DNA of 64,000 nucleotides, from assembly GCA_963741945.1 (NCBI GenBank), contig CAVUKA010000003.1, positions 224,001-288,000 on the forward strand. Reading direction: 5' to 3'. The notes beneath the pieces are model-generated. The model did not search any database, was not told the DNA's origin, and saw only the letters and a program-made list of their open reading frames with translations. This DNA is from an uncultured Gemmatimonadales bacterium. GTDB taxonomy: Bacteria; Gemmatimonadota; Gemmatimonadetes; Longimicrobiales; RSA9. The translations under genes and the position numbers were made by a program. Below, piece by piece: positions 28,901 through 39,754 of this stretch (positions within the stretch are counted from its first letter, which is position 1; each line of letters opens with the position of its first letter).

Positions 28901-29683
28901 CTGCGTCAGCGGTGGGAAGCGGGCGTGCATCACGGGCTTCCCATCCAGGACGAGCGTCCAGTCCGCTCCCGCCGCCGCCCCCGGACCGAAGCGGGGACGC
29001 TCTCCCGTCACCGCCTCGAATCGCTCACTCAGCGCGTTCGTTCTCCCGCGCAGCGGGGGTCCGGCCTGTAGCAGCATGGCTGCCACTGCTCGTCGTCCCT
29101 CTCCCGCCGGCGCCACCGCGTACAGGTACGTGAACAGGGTCCCGTCCGTGTACACGATCCCCGGCTCCGCATGGACCACCACGTCCGGCAGCCGGCCCCG
29201 GTGCTCGCCTGCCCAAACCACCGGCCACCCGTTCGGGTCCACCAGCGCCACAGCCGCCACTTCCGTGCGCTCCCGGATCCGCGCCATCGCATCGAAGGAA
29301 GCCTCCCAGCCGGGGTCGGCCGCGAGATACGCCGCGGCCGTGACCCGCCGGATCGCCCCTTCCATGCGGTCCTGCAGCCGGGACGAAAGGCGCTCCTGCC
29401 TCGCTTCGACCACCCCGGACCAGTCGCTCAGCCCGCGCTCGAGACGCAGTGTGGTTGCGCCCGCCGCGACAACGGCGAGCGAGAGCGTGGCCAGCGCCAC
29501 CGGGGCCAGCGTCCGCTCACGGGAGGTCCGGAGCCGACGCACTTCGACCGCCACGGCGGTCGCCACGACGCCCAGCGCCAGCAGCAGCGCCCATGGAGCG
29601 AGCGTGCGGCTCCAGAGCAGGAGCGCCAGCATGCCACCAAAACCGACGACGACCACCGTGCGCTTCGGCCCCTGCGGCGTCAT
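25943..29683 (-). CDS. very large multi-TM sensor histidine kinase (HAMP-HisKA-HATPase, NtrY-like core)
   Basis: MARQVAHEIKNPLTPIKL, NLLENA, DNGRG, GTGLGL; many TM helices; start could be 29632. Confidence 0.9.
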   Translation of the reverse strand: MTPQGPKRTVVVVGFGGMLALLLWSRTLAPWALLLALGVVATAVAVEVRRLRTSRERTLAPVALATLSLAVVAAGATTLRLERGLSDWSGVVEARQERLSSRLQDRMEGAIRRVTAAAYLAADPGWEASFDAMARIRERTEVAAVALVDPNGWPVVWAGEHRGRLPDVVVHAEPGIVYTDGTLFTYLYAVAPAGEGRRAVAAMLLQAGPPLRGRTNALSERFEAVTGERPRFGPGAAAGADWTLVLDGKPVMHARFPPLTQGEWRSRVTRTGREMVFVLVLVALGLLSAIWLRSLEHRGGLAASVPLLGLSATLMAAPLRRTFGLDRLFSPGFFVLPVPGDFVIEGVIVVLLPLAALMATVRPPGTRRGDLWLRLSVGAALAGGGFAVGTGVMTASAGLPMLTSVGPLWYVLQTTTVVLLTVLAAILIPRAIRSGERRPVALYLAAGAAAAVGLSVAVAVAWRPGRPAPTPLLLAWSIPFLLSARGLAGYTGRGELLLRWLVAGWLAATAVIPHLWVASEEANIRQAEAELESFGTRADPFLTYLLVRFAAELQQAQAQGGQGLDLLYESWVGSGLASEPYPLEISLWDGSGNRVASLPLGVRLGPGDPGMREVERVVAAAMAYGVMENVPADGGGVSRILAVPLSDERAVSVAVAPRANLQPTSALATFIEGEARSPVTLELLPVQSGVVPPKVTGWHRVGDAWRKEALVQEGPDTYHAHLELRMAPRGIRFARAMLLVTLDLVLLTGLWFGGRLAGGDPPAPPGGWTGWLGGFRARLIVSLFAFFLLPTAVFGWAAYRALAEEVTRAAREVAERAVVHAAGLLPQTGLEETATRTGEDLLYYERGALTEASMPAAVELGLYDAWMPPDLFAAIASGEARGGTERGTLAGRPYLVAYRRLPDAMADVAVPVWLAARDVAVRQREFGHLVLFGVLVGAVLSLALSVLVGRALARPIGELRRAASAVGRGRLGVRLPEQRRDEFGELFASFNVMTRRLRRARAQEVRTARILAWGEMARQVAHEIKNPLTPIKLSVQHVRRAYRDGRQDFESILETSVEHILAEIERLSEIAKAFSRYGAPQETTGSTEPVDVVAIARDILTLYRAPDRAVVYRLSAGAGSAMAVARAPELREVIVNLLENARAAVPDGGTVEVLVRDETDRVRLEVSDNGRGIPEEQLPRIFEPHFSTRSSGTGLGLAIVRRLVEGWGGAVGADSEPGEGTTVWLTIPKPATPPPGAEGGVGVEPA

Positions 29684-29692
29684 ACTGTCTCC

Positions 29693-30439
29693 ATGAACGA
29701 CAATGGCGCTTCTCCCTTCGCCCTGGACGAGCTCAGCTGGATCGATGCCGCGGCACACCTCGCCCGCGACCCCCGGCTCATCATTCCCGTCGGCGCCCTC
29801 GAGCAGCACGGTCCCCACCTGCCCCTGGGCAGCAACGTGGTCATCGCCAAGCGCTTCGCTCTCGACCTGTCAGAGGAGTTCGGCGTGCTGCGTGCCCCCA
29901 CCTTCGCCTACGGCGTCAATGTACGGACGGAGCGGGCGTACGCCGGAACCGCCTCGCTCGGGCGCAAGTCACTCCACCGCGCTCTCAACGAACTCCTCGA
30001 TGGATGGGAGATGCACGGCGTCTCGGAGTTTATCCTCATCACCGCGCACCGGCACGAACCACACATGGAAGCGCTGGCCACGCTCGTCACCACCGAGGCG
30101 CGCGTTCGCGTGGTCGATATCTGGGACGTGCCCATCCACGACCTCCTCGAAGGGCAGGAAGCCGCTGAGCACGCCGGCGAAGCCGAGACGTCACTCATGC
30201 TCCATCTGCATCCCGAACTCGTGCGCATGGACCGGGCAAAGGACTTCGAGCTCCCCCCGGACGAGTTCCGCCGGTACATGCGCGGCGGCATGCCCACACC
30301 TCCCGCCGGCGGCACGGGCTGCGTGGGACGACCCACCCTCGCATCCGCAGACAAGGGGGCCCGCATCTATCTCCGGATCCTCGACGCCATCCGCCGCGCC
30401 GTCTTCGTCACTCCCGACCAGGGCACCGATACGCTGTGA
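29693..30439 (+). CDS. creatininase family amidohydrolase
   Basis: PVGALEQHGPHLP, EHAGEAETS. Confidence 0.9.
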   Translation: MNDNGASPFALDELSWIDAAAHLARDPRLIIPVGALEQHGPHLPLGSNVVIAKRFALDLSEEFGVLRAPTFAYGVNVRTERAYAGTASLGRKSLHRALNELLDGWEMHGVSEFILITAHRHEPHMEALATLVTTEARVRVVDIWDVPIHDLLEGQEAAEHAGEAETSLMLHLHPELVRMDRAKDFELPPDEFRRYMRGGMPTPPAGGTGCVGRPTLASADKGARIYLRILDAIRRAVFVTPDQGTDTL

Positions 30440-30514
30440 ACAGCCAGTCCCGCGGGTTCGAACTCCGTCGGGGGCCAGGTGTACCCATAGCAGAACTGAA
30501 CCATAGGACCGCCC

Positions 30515-31201
30515 ATGATCATTCGCACGTCGGCTCTTGTCACGCTTGCGCTCGTCGCCCTCACGGGCAGCGCTCGCGCTCAGAACCAGACCATCGACCA
30601 GGGGATCTTCAGGCTCTCCGTTCGCGGACAGCCCGTGGGCACCGAGACGTTCACCATCCAGCGCAAGGGCGAGGGTCCATCCAGTGTCGTCGTGGCGCAG
30701 GCCCGCATGTCCCTCGACAATGGCGATGAAACCCGGACCCTGCTCCAGACCGAGGGCCTCGACCTCCGTCCCACTGCGTACCAGATTGAGGTAACCGGGC
30801 CCGACAAGCAAAGCATTCGAGGACAGGCCGCCGGCAACCGGTTCCGCGCCCAGATCGTCTCCAACTCGGGCGAGATGATGCGTGAGTATCTCGCCAGCGA
30901 GGGCGCCGTCATCATCGATCAGGGCGTCGCACACCAGTACTATTTCCTCGCGCCCCACCTCCAGGACGGGGCATCGGTGCCGATCATCATCCCTCGCGAG
31001 AGCCGCCAGGTCTCCGCTTCCATTTCAAGCCAGGGTCGCGAATCCATCGAGATCGGCGGACACCAGGTCTCCGCCCGCAAGTTCAGCATCCGGCCCGCTG
31101 GCATGCCCGAGCGGACCATCTGGGTGGATGACCAGGGCCGCGTGCTGCGCCTGAACATTCCCTCTCAGAACTACGTGGCCGAGCGCACCGCCCTCCCCTG
31201 A
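30515..31201 (+). CDS. secreted beta-rich hypothetical protein
   Basis: Signal peptide ending ARA; SD AGGA; C-terminal IWVDDQGRVLRL. Confidence 0.8.
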   Translation: MIIRTSALVTLALVALTGSARAQNQTIDQGIFRLSVRGQPVGTETFTIQRKGEGPSSVVVAQARMSLDNGDETRTLLQTEGLDLRPTAYQIEVTGPDKQSIRGQAAGNRFRAQIVSNSGEMMREYLASEGAVIIDQGVAHQYYFLAPHLQDGASVPIIIPRESRQVSASISSQGRESIEIGGHQVSARKFSIRPAGMPERTIWVDDQGRVLRLNIPSQNYVAERTALP

Positions 31202-31307
31202 TCCATGCATCACGGGTACCGGGCGCCGTCCGCCCACTCCGTTGACCCGGCTCGGAGCCGGTGCATTCCACGGCGATACGCCATTCCCGACCGCTGTGTG
31301 CAGCGTG

Positions 31308-31334
31308 CGAAACATTGCGCGGGGCATCTGCGTA
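31308..31334 (+). promoter_or_regulatory. ECF (SigW-like) promoter of the second tolC operon
   Basis: CGAAAC-N17-CGTA. Confidence 0.5.
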
Positions 31335-31378
31335 CAGGGGCGGGTCGCACCCGAAAACATTCTCGAATCCGGACCATC

Positions 31379-32872
31379 ATGAATCGATCTGCTGTCATCC
31401 TCCTCCTGGCACTCGTCGCGCGACCGGCGCTGGCGCAGGAGGCGCCCGCAAGGCTCAGCCTGGAGGAAGCCGTAGCGCTGGCGCGTGAGAATAACCCGGA
31501 CTTCCAGTCCCGCCTGAACGACGCGACGGTGGCGGACTGGGGGGTGCGCGCGGCGTACGGGAATCTGCTCCCGTCGGCGTCGGTGAGTGGTGGTGTGAGC
31601 TATCAGGGCGGCGGCCAGGCGCGCATCGGCGGCTACACGTCGAGCGACATCGGGCTGGGCAGCACGCCGTCGTACTACTACTCGAGCTACCAGGTGGGCC
31701 TGAATCTGGGGCTGTCGGGCGCCGATCTGTACCGGGTGAAGCAGCAGCGCCAGTCGCGTGCCGCAGTGGTGGCGGGCATCGATGCCGCGGGTCTCACCCT
31801 GGAAGCGCAGGTCACACAGCAGTACCTGGCAGCGCTGCGGGCGGGTGACGGCGTGGACCTGGCGGTGGCGCAGCTGGATCGTGCCGAGGCGAACAAGGCG
31901 CTGGCGGAGGCGAGATATTCGGCTCAGGCGGCCACGGCCATCGAGGCAAAGCAGGCCGAAGTGGAGCGAGGCCGCGCGGAGGTGGAGCTGGTCCGGGCGC
32001 GGGCTGCGCTGGAGACGGAGAAGCTCAGGCTGCTCGCGCTCGTCGGAATCGACCTTGACCGGACCGTGGAATTGACCAGCGACGTGGCCGTGTTCGAGCC
32101 CACGTGGGACGAGGAGACCCTGGTCGCGGCGGCGCTCGGTGGGCACCCCGACCTGGCTGCGGCGAAGGCATCGCTGGAATCGGCAGGCGCGGGCGTCGGG
32201 ATGGCGCGGAGCGCATACTGGCCGAGCCTCATGCTTTCCACCGGCCTGTCGGGGTATACGCGGCGGGTGGGGAGCGATTCCTACCTGCTGGATCAGGCGG
32301 AACAATCCATGGTGGATGCGCGAGAGCAGTGCACCATCACGAATGACATCCTGGGAAGGCTCAGCCCTCCCCTCCCGGCGCAGGACTGCAGTCAGCTCCG
32401 GCTGACAGATGAAATGCGAGGAAACATCATTGACCGGAACCGGCAGTTTCCCTTCCATTTCCAGACCGAGCCGGTGTCGGTCTCACTCGGCATCTCGCTC
32501 CCGATCTTCCAGGGGCTCTCGCGGCAGCAGCAGCTGGCCACGGCGCACGCGCAGGCGCAGGATGCGAGGCTGCGCGTCCGCTCCGAGGAGCTGCGGGTTC
32601 GCTCGGAAGTGCAGATCTCCTATCAGAATCTGAAGGCGGCATACAGGGCGGAGCAGCTGGAGGAGCGGAACCGGTCACTCGCGGACGATCAGCTGAAGCT
32701 GGGGCGTGAGCAGTATCGCGTGGGCTCGGCCTCGTTCGTGGACCTGATGGAGGCTGAAGCATTGAAGGCGAACGCGGATCGGGCGTACCTGTTGGCGGTG
32801 TACTCATTCCAGGAAGCGCTGACGGCCCTCGAAGCCGCCGTGGGCCAGCACCTGGCGACCCCCGAGAACTGA
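31379..32872 (+). CDS. TolC family outer membrane protein
   Basis: Signal peptide, LSLEEAVALA, two OEP repeats. Confidence 0.92.
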   Translation: MNRSAVILLLALVARPALAQEAPARLSLEEAVALARENNPDFQSRLNDATVADWGVRAAYGNLLPSASVSGGVSYQGGGQARIGGYTSSDIGLGSTPSYYYSSYQVGLNLGLSGADLYRVKQQRQSRAAVVAGIDAAGLTLEAQVTQQYLAALRAGDGVDLAVAQLDRAEANKALAEARYSAQAATAIEAKQAEVERGRAEVELVRARAALETEKLRLLALVGIDLDRTVELTSDVAVFEPTWDEETLVAAALGGHPDLAAAKASLESAGAGVGMARSAYWPSLMLSTGLSGYTRRVGSDSYLLDQAEQSMVDAREQCTITNDILGRLSPPLPAQDCSQLRLTDEMRGNIIDRNRQFPFHFQTEPVSVSLGISLPIFQGLSRQQQLATAHAQAQDARLRVRSEELRVRSEVQISYQNLKAAYRAEQLEERNRSLADDQLKLGREQYRVGSASFVDLMEAEALKANADRAYLLAVYSFQEALTALEAAVGQHLATPEN

Positions 32873-32882
32873 AGCGGATAGC

Positions 32883-34187
32883 ATGAAACGAAAGACGAAG
32901 GTCATTCTTGGCATCGGTACCCTGGTGGTGCTGACAGGCGCTGGGATCGCGGGGGTCCGACGCGGCGGCGAGAGCGGCGTGGGTGTGCGGACTGCGGCCG
33001 TGGAGCGCAAGGACCTGGAGGGGGTGGTCCGCGCGAGCGGGTGGATCCAGCCGCACGTGGCCGTGGACGTCCAGTCCGACATCATGGGCCGCGTCACGGC
33101 GCTGTACGTGAAGGAAGGGGACGTGGTCGAGAAGGGTCAGGTCCTGCTCCGGATCGATCCCACACAGTACGAGGCCGCGGTGGCGCGAGCCGAGGCGAGC
33201 GTCAGCGAGGCGCTCGCACGGGAGGCGCAGGCGCGGGCCTCGCGACTTCAGGCGCAGCAAGCGCTGAAGCGCGCGAACGAGATCCGGGCCACGGACTCGC
33301 TGCTGATCAGCCCGCAGCAGTTCGAGGACGCCGCGACGCAGGCTGAAGTGCAGTCCGCGCTCTACGAGGCAGCGCAGCACGGCGTGGACATCGCGCGCGC
33401 GGCGCTCCGCGAGACGCGGGATCAGCTGGCGAAGTCGGTGATCCGCTCCCCGATCGACGGTGTGGTGACGCGCCTGAACATCGAGGAGGGCGAGACGGCG
33501 ATCGTCGGCACCATGAACAACCCTGGCAGCCTGCTCCTGACCGTGAGCGACCTTTCGGTGATGGAGGCGGTGGTGCGCGTGGACGAAACGGATGTCCCCT
33601 CCATCACGCTGGGGGACAGTGCCACCCTCACCATCGATGCCTTCCCTCGCCGCAAGTTCACAGGCAGTGTGACGGAGGTCAGCCACAGCTCGACCCTGGA
33701 CCCGAACACCCGGGGCGTGAGCCAGCAACAGTCGCAAGCGGTGGACTTCGAAGTGGTCATCACCCTGGACACCCCGCCCCAAGGGATCCGGCCGGACCTC
33801 TCGGCAACGGCCGAGGTGATCACGGACCGACGGCCGAACACGCTGGCGATCCCGATCATCGCGCTCACAGTGCGGGAGCGTAAAGACGTGGAGAAGCTGG
33901 ATGCGGAGCTCTCGGACGAGCAGAAGGCCGCGCTACGCGAGATGACGGATGCCGACCAGCAGGACGTGGAAGGCGTCTTCGTCATGCGGGGCGGCAAAGC
34001 CCGTTTCACGCTGGTGGACGTCGGGATCACGGGGCGTGAAGACTTCGAGGTGCTCAGCGGCCTGACCGCCGGGGATACGATCGTGGCCGGCCCCTACGAG
34101 GCGATCCGGAAGCTGAACGATGGAGACGACGTGCGCGTCCTACCTACGTCGGACGAGTCGGACCCGGAGACCTCGGAATCGGAGTAG
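32883..34187 (+). CDS. efflux periplasmic adaptor (MFP)
   Basis: [26 protein letters not shown]. Confidence 0.93.
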   Translation: MKRKTKVILGIGTLVVLTGAGIAGVRRGGESGVGVRTAAVERKDLEGVVRASGWIQPHVAVDVQSDIMGRVTALYVKEGDVVEKGQVLLRIDPTQYEAAVARAEASVSEALAREAQARASRLQAQQALKRANEIRATDSLLISPQQFEDAATQAEVQSALYEAAQHGVDIARAALRETRDQLAKSVIRSPIDGVVTRLNIEEGETAIVGTMNNPGSLLLTVSDLSVMEAVVRVDETDVPSITLGDSATLTIDAFPRRKFTGSVTEVSHSSTLDPNTRGVSQQQSQAVDFEVVITLDTPPQGIRPDLSATAEVITDRRPNTLAIPIIALTVRERKDVEKLDAELSDEQKAALREMTDADQQDVEGVFVMRGGKARFTLVDVGITGREDFEVLSGLTAGDTIVAGPYEAIRKLNDGDDVRVLPTSDESDPETSESE

Positions 34188-34194
34188 GGTGATC

Positions 34195-34898
<704 letters not shown>

Positions 34899-34902
<4 letters not shown>

Positions 34903-36140
34903 GGCCTCGCGAAGCGATCCGCCTCGCCCTCGCGCAGATCCGTGCGCAGAAGCTGAAGAGCTTCTTCAGCGTGGTGGGCGTCATCATCGGCGTCATGTTC
35001 CTCATCGCGGTGATCAGCATCGTGGAGGGCATGAACCGGTACATGGAGGAGGACTTCGCCAAGACGATCTTCGGGCTCAACACTCTGACCGTCAGCCGCA
35101 CGCCGTCCGTGCAGATGAACACCAACCGCGAACAGTGGCGCTCGTGGATGCGACGGCCCCGGCTCCGGCTGGACGATGCCGAGGCCATACGGGAGGGGCT
35201 GGAGATTCCCTCGCTGGTGGCGGTGGAGAGCCAGAGCGGCGGCCGGGCCCGCTCCGAGCGCGGCGAGGAGGTGGATGGTATCTGGCTTACGGCGGCATCC
35301 GCGGACTACTTCCGGATCCGGGAAATGGAAGTGGACCGTGGGCGGCTGTTCGGCCCGCTCGAGGACCAGGCAGGCGCCCCGGTGGTCGTGGTGGGATCGG
35401 AGACCGCCGAGAAGCTGTTCGGTGCGCTCGATCCGCTGGGCCGGACGATCCGGATCAACAACGTCGCTTTCCAGGTCATCGGCGTGCTGAAGCCACAGGG
35501 CAGTCTGTTCGGCATGTCGCTGGACAACCGCGCCATCGCGCCATCGCGCTCCGCCATGGCACGACTGACCAATCCGCACGGCGTAGTCGACAACATCCTG
35601 GTGAAGACGGATGATCCCGCGGCGCTGCAGGCCGCCCGCTCCGGTGTCGAGGCGCTCATGCGGGTTCGCCACCGTCTGCGGCCGGGCGAGGAAAACGATT
35701 TCGAGATCGAGACGAAGGATGAGTCGATGCAGTTCTGGCAGAAGCTGAGCCGCATCCTCTTCATCGCCTTCCCGGCCCTCGTGGGGATCGCTCTCGTCGT
35801 GGGTGGGATGGTGATCATGAACATCATGCTCATGTCGGTGGTGGAGCGGACGCGGGAGATCGGCATGCGCAAGGCCGTGGGTGCCCGTCGACGAGACATC
35901 CTGCTCCAGATCCTGGTGGAGTCGGGAACCCTGTCCTTCACCGGCGCACTGCTCGGTATCGGGCTCGGCCTGGGCCTCGCGAAGATCGTTGAAGCGGTCT
36001 CCCCCATGCCGGCCGCGGTGGGCATTCGCTGGCTCGTGATCGCGGCAACCATGGGCGTGGTCGTAGGGGTGGTGGCGGGACTGTATCCGGCATCACGCGC
36101 GGCCAAGCTCGACCCGGTCGTAGCGCTGAGGGCGGAATAG
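34899..36140 (+). CDS. MacB/FtsX-family ABC permease
   Basis: [25 protein letters not shown]. Confidence 0.94.
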
Positions 36141-36141
36141 C

Positions 36142-37392
36142 ATGCGGGTTCTCGGCGCGGTGGAGCAGATCCGGGAGGCGGTCTATATCGCCTTCGAGCA
36201 GCTGCGGGCCAACAAGTTCCGCTCCGCGATGACGATCCTCGGGATCGTGGTGGGCGTGGCCACGGTAATGACCATGAGCGCTGCCATTGCGGGGATCCGC
36301 GGCGAGGCCATGGCCGGGATCGAGGCCGCGGGGCCGAAGAACTTCATCGTGGGACGCTACAATTTCGTCGAGATCCAGATCAACGAGCACGGGCCACCCT
36401 GGGGCGACAACCCCAAGGTGACGGCCCGCGAGGCCGAGCGGATTCGTGAGCTGTCCCATGTCCGCACGGCCGTGGCCGAGGTGGTGAACGGGAGCGGCAG
36501 CATCACCGGACCGCGCGGTGGTGATCCGGTGAACACGGCCATTGCCGGGGAGAGCGAGGGCTGGGACGAGTTCACGATCGGCACGTTCACGGCCGGGCAC
36601 AACTTCCTCCGCTCGGACGTGACCGCGTCAAGGGCCGTGGTGGTGCTGACGAAAAAGCTCAGCGAGAGCCTGTTCGGCTCTCTGGATCCCATCGGCCGGA
36701 CAGTCCGGATCGAGGGGTGGCCGTTCACGGTCATCGGGGTCTACCAGACCGAAGGGAACCTGTTCGGCGATGGCGGCAACGAGTTCGCCGCCGTCCCGTA
36801 CACGGCGGCGCTCAAGCAGCTGAAGTTCTGGGACGGCATGCTGCGGGTGCTGGTGGTGACGGCGGACGGGTCCACGCAGGCGGAAGCCATGGACCAGGTG
36901 ACCGGGACCGTGCGCGGCATGCGCGGCCTCCGGCCGGCCGAACCGAACAACTTCGCCTTGATCCGGCAGGAGCAGGTCCTGGAGACGTTCAACAAGATCA
37001 CGGGCGTCTTCTTCATCGTGATGATCGGTCTTTCTTCCGTGGCCCTGCTGGTAGGCGGCGTAGGCGTCATTGCCATCATGATGATCTCGGTCACGGAGCG
37101 GACGCGGGAGATCGGGGTGCGCAAGGCGCTGGGCGCGCGGCGTCGTGAGATCCTGTGGCAGTTCCTGTTCGAAGCATCCACGCTCACCCTCGCCGGTGCC
37201 CTGGTGGGCATGCTCCTGGGCGGGATCGCGGCATGGCTCATCAGGACTCTGACGCCCATCCCGGCGGAAGTTCAGCCTGGCGCGGTGGTGGCGGCTACCA
37301 TCATGGCTGCGATCGCCGGCGTGTTCTTCGGGCTCTTCCCTGCATGGCGCGCGTCTCGCATGGATCCAGTGGTCGCGCTGCGCTACGAGTGA
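36142..37392 (+). CDS. MacB/FtsX-family ABC permease
   Basis: VTERTREIGVRKALGA, MDPVVALRYE. Confidence 0.94.
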   Translation: MRVLGAVEQIREAVYIAFEQLRANKFRSAMTILGIVVGVATVMTMSAAIAGIRGEAMAGIEAAGPKNFIVGRYNFVEIQINEHGPPWGDNPKVTAREAERIRELSHVRTAVAEVVNGSGSITGPRGGDPVNTAIAGESEGWDEFTIGTFTAGHNFLRSDVTASRAVVVLTKKLSESLFGSLDPIGRTVRIEGWPFTVIGVYQTEGNLFGDGGNEFAAVPYTAALKQLKFWDGMLRVLVVTADGSTQAEAMDQVTGTVRGMRGLRPAEPNNFALIRQEQVLETFNKITGVFFIVMIGLSSVALLVGGVGVIAIMMISVTERTREIGVRKALGARRREILWQFLFEASTLTLAGALVGMLLGGIAAWLIRTLTPIPAEVQPGAVVAATIMAAIAGVFFGLFPAWRASRMDPVVALRYE

Positions 37393-38114
37393 TGGCGGAC
37401 CTGGACCTCCTCGCCATCACGGCGCATCCGGACGATGCCGAGCTTCTCTGCGCCGGCGCCCTGATTCGGGCCCGCGACGCCGGCCACGCGACGGGTGTGC
37501 TCGACCTCACCGGCGGTGAGACGGGGAGCATCGGCACGGCCAAGTTGCGCGCCCGCGAAGCGGCGGCGGCCAGCGAGGTTCTCGGGCTGTCGGTGCGACG
37601 AACGGCGGGCCTCCCGGACAGCGCACTGGAGAATACGCCGACCGCGCGCGAGCGAGTGGCCGCGATCCTCCGGGAGCTGCGGCCAGATACGGTCATCCTG
37701 ATGTGGCCGGAGGGTCGACATCCAGACCACCGGGCCGCCAGCGCGCTGGGCTGGGACGCCTGCTTCGTGGCCGGGCTGCGCAATGCCCCGATCCCCGGTG
37801 AGCCGTTCCGCCCGCGCAAGGCCGTATACGCCATGGCGTACCGGGAGCACACCCCGCGCCCAGCCTTCGTCCTCGACATTTCTTCGGTGATGGAGCGCAA
37901 GCTGGAAGCGATCTTCGCGTACGCCTCGCAGTTCGAGGGACGGAAAGGGATGGGTGAGGTCTATCCCGGCGGTGAACGGGACCTGAGGGAACAGATCCGT
38001 GTTCACGCGGCCTACTACGGCGGGCTGATCCGGGCGGAATACGGCGAGCCGTACTGGACGCGTGAGAGCCTCGGCGTCAGCAGTCTGGTGGGGCTCCCCG
38101 TGGCGTCCTTCTAG
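37392..38114 (+). CDS. bshB1: bacillithiol biosynthesis deacetylase BshB1 (PIG-L family)
   Basis: AHPDDAEL, DLTGGETGSIGT, RHPDH, AYASQF. Confidence 0.8.
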   Translation: MADLDLLAITAHPDDAELLCAGALIRARDAGHATGVLDLTGGETGSIGTAKLRAREAAAASEVLGLSVRRTAGLPDSALENTPTARERVAAILRELRPDTVILMWPEGRHPDHRAASALGWDACFVAGLRNAPIPGEPFRPRKAVYAMAYREHTPRPAFVLDISSVMERKLEAIFAYASQFEGRKGMGEVYPGGERDLREQIRVHAAYYGGLIRAEYGEPYWTRESLGVSSLVGLPVASF

Positions 38115-38120
38115 CCCGGG

Positions 38121-38498
38121 TCACACGCACCGGATTTCGAGCAGCACCCGCCGCCAACTGGGGACGTCCTCTCCCGATACCCGCACCGCACGCGCCTTGG
38201 CAGACCCGCCACGGAGCATCCACGGGGCCAGCCAGAACCCGATCTCCGGAGGAAGGTGGCCGATCACATCGCCGGCGGGACCGTGCACCCACACGCCCGG
38301 TGTGTCTACGACCGGCGGATCCGGCAGCAGCGTGAGCTCGTCTCCCTCGCGGACGTCGTCGACACGGGAGAACCGGTCGCCGAAGACCGTTCCATGGACG
38401 GTGGCGAAAAAATGCGATGGTCGCTCGGGCGGGAGCGCTGGCCGCGTTCTGCTCTGTTTCACTGTCTGGAATATAGGGAGCCGGCCATGCATTTCCAC
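38121..38498 (-). CDS. stand-alone HIRAN-like domain protein
   Basis: TVHGTVF..R, EGDELTLLPDP, VIGHLP pattern. Confidence 0.7.
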   Translation of the reverse strand: MEMHGRLPIFQTVKQSRTRPALPPERPSHFFATVHGTVFGDRFSRVDDVREGDELTLLPDPPVVDTPGVWVHGPAGDVIGHLPPEIGFWLAPWMLRGGSAKARAVRVSGEDVPSWRRVLLEIRCV

Positions 38499-38611
38499 AC
38501 GCTGGGCACGCGGGCCCGAACGGCCCGGACGGGCGGGAATCCGGAGCCGCTGACCCGCCGGGGCTGAGGCGCATGGAAACCTCGATGGTGCCCGAGGGTT
38601 ATTACGCCCTC

Positions 38612-39754
38612 ATGAGCGACGACATCCTTTATCTCGACCACGCAGCGACGACACCTCTCCGTCCCGGAATCAGGGCAGCGATGGACCCGTTCCTGGACGA
38701 CCGGTTCGGGAATCCCTCCAGCACCCACTCCGCTGGACGATCGGCGCGCGCGGCGCTGGAGGATGCGCGAGAACGGGTGGCCGCGGTACTGAGCGCGGCT
38801 CCGGACGAGATCGTCTTCACGGCGGGCGGCACGGAGGCCGACAACATGGCCGTCCTCGGGCGGTGGCGTGCCGGCGGCGCGGGAGTGGCCGTTTCGGCCG
38901 TGGAGCACAGCGCTGTCCGTGAATCGGCCGCACAGGCGGCGCGGGAGGGCGCGGCCACGTGTACGATCGCCGTCGACGAGGACGGCCGCCTGGACCTCGC
39001 CGCCCTGGAGGAAGCGCTCGAGGAGCCGCTGTCGGTTGCGTCCGTGATGTGGGGGAACAACGAGGTGGGCACGCTCCAGCCCGTGCAACGCGCCGCGGAG
39101 CTGTGTCGCGGGCGCGGCGTCTCGTTCCACACGGACGCGGTCCAGGCGGTGGGGCACGTCCCGGTGTCCCTGAGCGAGGTCGACGCCGACCTGTTGTCGT
39201 TGAGCGCCCACAAATTCGGCGGCCCACGAGGAGTGGGCGCCCTGTTCGTGCGCCGGGGCGTGGCGCTGAGCCCGCTGCTGTTTGGCGGTGGCCAGGAGCG
39301 AGGTCTGCGACCGGGCACTTCGAACGTCGCGAGTGCGGTCGGTCTGGCCGTGGCCCTGGAGGAAGCCGTGGCGGAGCTGGACCGGGAGTCCGAGCGGCTG
39401 CGCGGGCTCCGCGACCGGCTCGAGCACGGGATCCTCTCGCGGGCGCCGGGCGCCGTGATCAACGGCGGTGGCACAGCGCGGCTTCCCCACGTCACCAGCC
39501 TGGGCATACCGGACGTTTCTGCGGATGTCCTCCTGGCGACACTCGACCTGGCGGGCATCGCCGCTTCCGCGGGTTCCGCCTGTCACAGCGGAAGCGCAGC
39601 GCCGAGCCACGTGCTCGTGGCCATGGGCCGCGCCCCCGACGCAGTGGTCCGCCTGTCACTCGGCTGGACCACCACGGAGGCGGACGTGGAGCGGGCGATG
39701 GACACGATCGCGGAGGTGCTGGACCGGGTGCGACCGGTGGCGGAAACGGCATGA
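38612..39754 (+). CDS. iscS: cysteine desulfurase (IscS/NifS type)
   Basis: [29 protein letters not shown]. Confidence 0.93.
   Translation: MSDDILYLDHAATTPLRPGIRAAMDPFLDDRFGNPSSTHSAGRSARAALEDARERVAAVLSAAPDEIVFTAGGTEADNMAVLGRWRAGGAGVAVSAVEHSAVRESAAQAAREGAATCTIAVDEDGRLDLAALEEALEEPLSVASVMWGNNEVGTLQPVQRAAELCRGRGVSFHTDAVQAVGHVPVSLSEVDADLLSLSAHKFGGPRGVGALFVRRGVALSPLLFGGGQERGLRPGTSNVASAVGLAVALEEAVAELDRESERLRGLRDRLEHGILSRAPGAVINGGGTARLPHVTSLGIPDVSADVLLATLDLAGIAASAGSACHSGSAAPSHVLVAMGRAPDAVVRLSLGWTTTEADVERAMDTIAEVLDRVRPVAETA

Noticed and set aside
29693-30439. Creatininase as an MftE-like peptidase of a RiPP cluster exported by the neighbouring ABC system
   Set aside because: No precursor peptide, radical SAM enzyme or RRE protein in the window.
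30452-30477. tRNA 3'-half-like sequence GCGGGTTCGAACTCCGTCGGGGGCCA (possible att remnant)
   Set aside because: No D or anticodon arm, two G-T pairs in the T-stem, wrong acceptor length and no integrase nearby; it overlaps a plausible ECF promoter.
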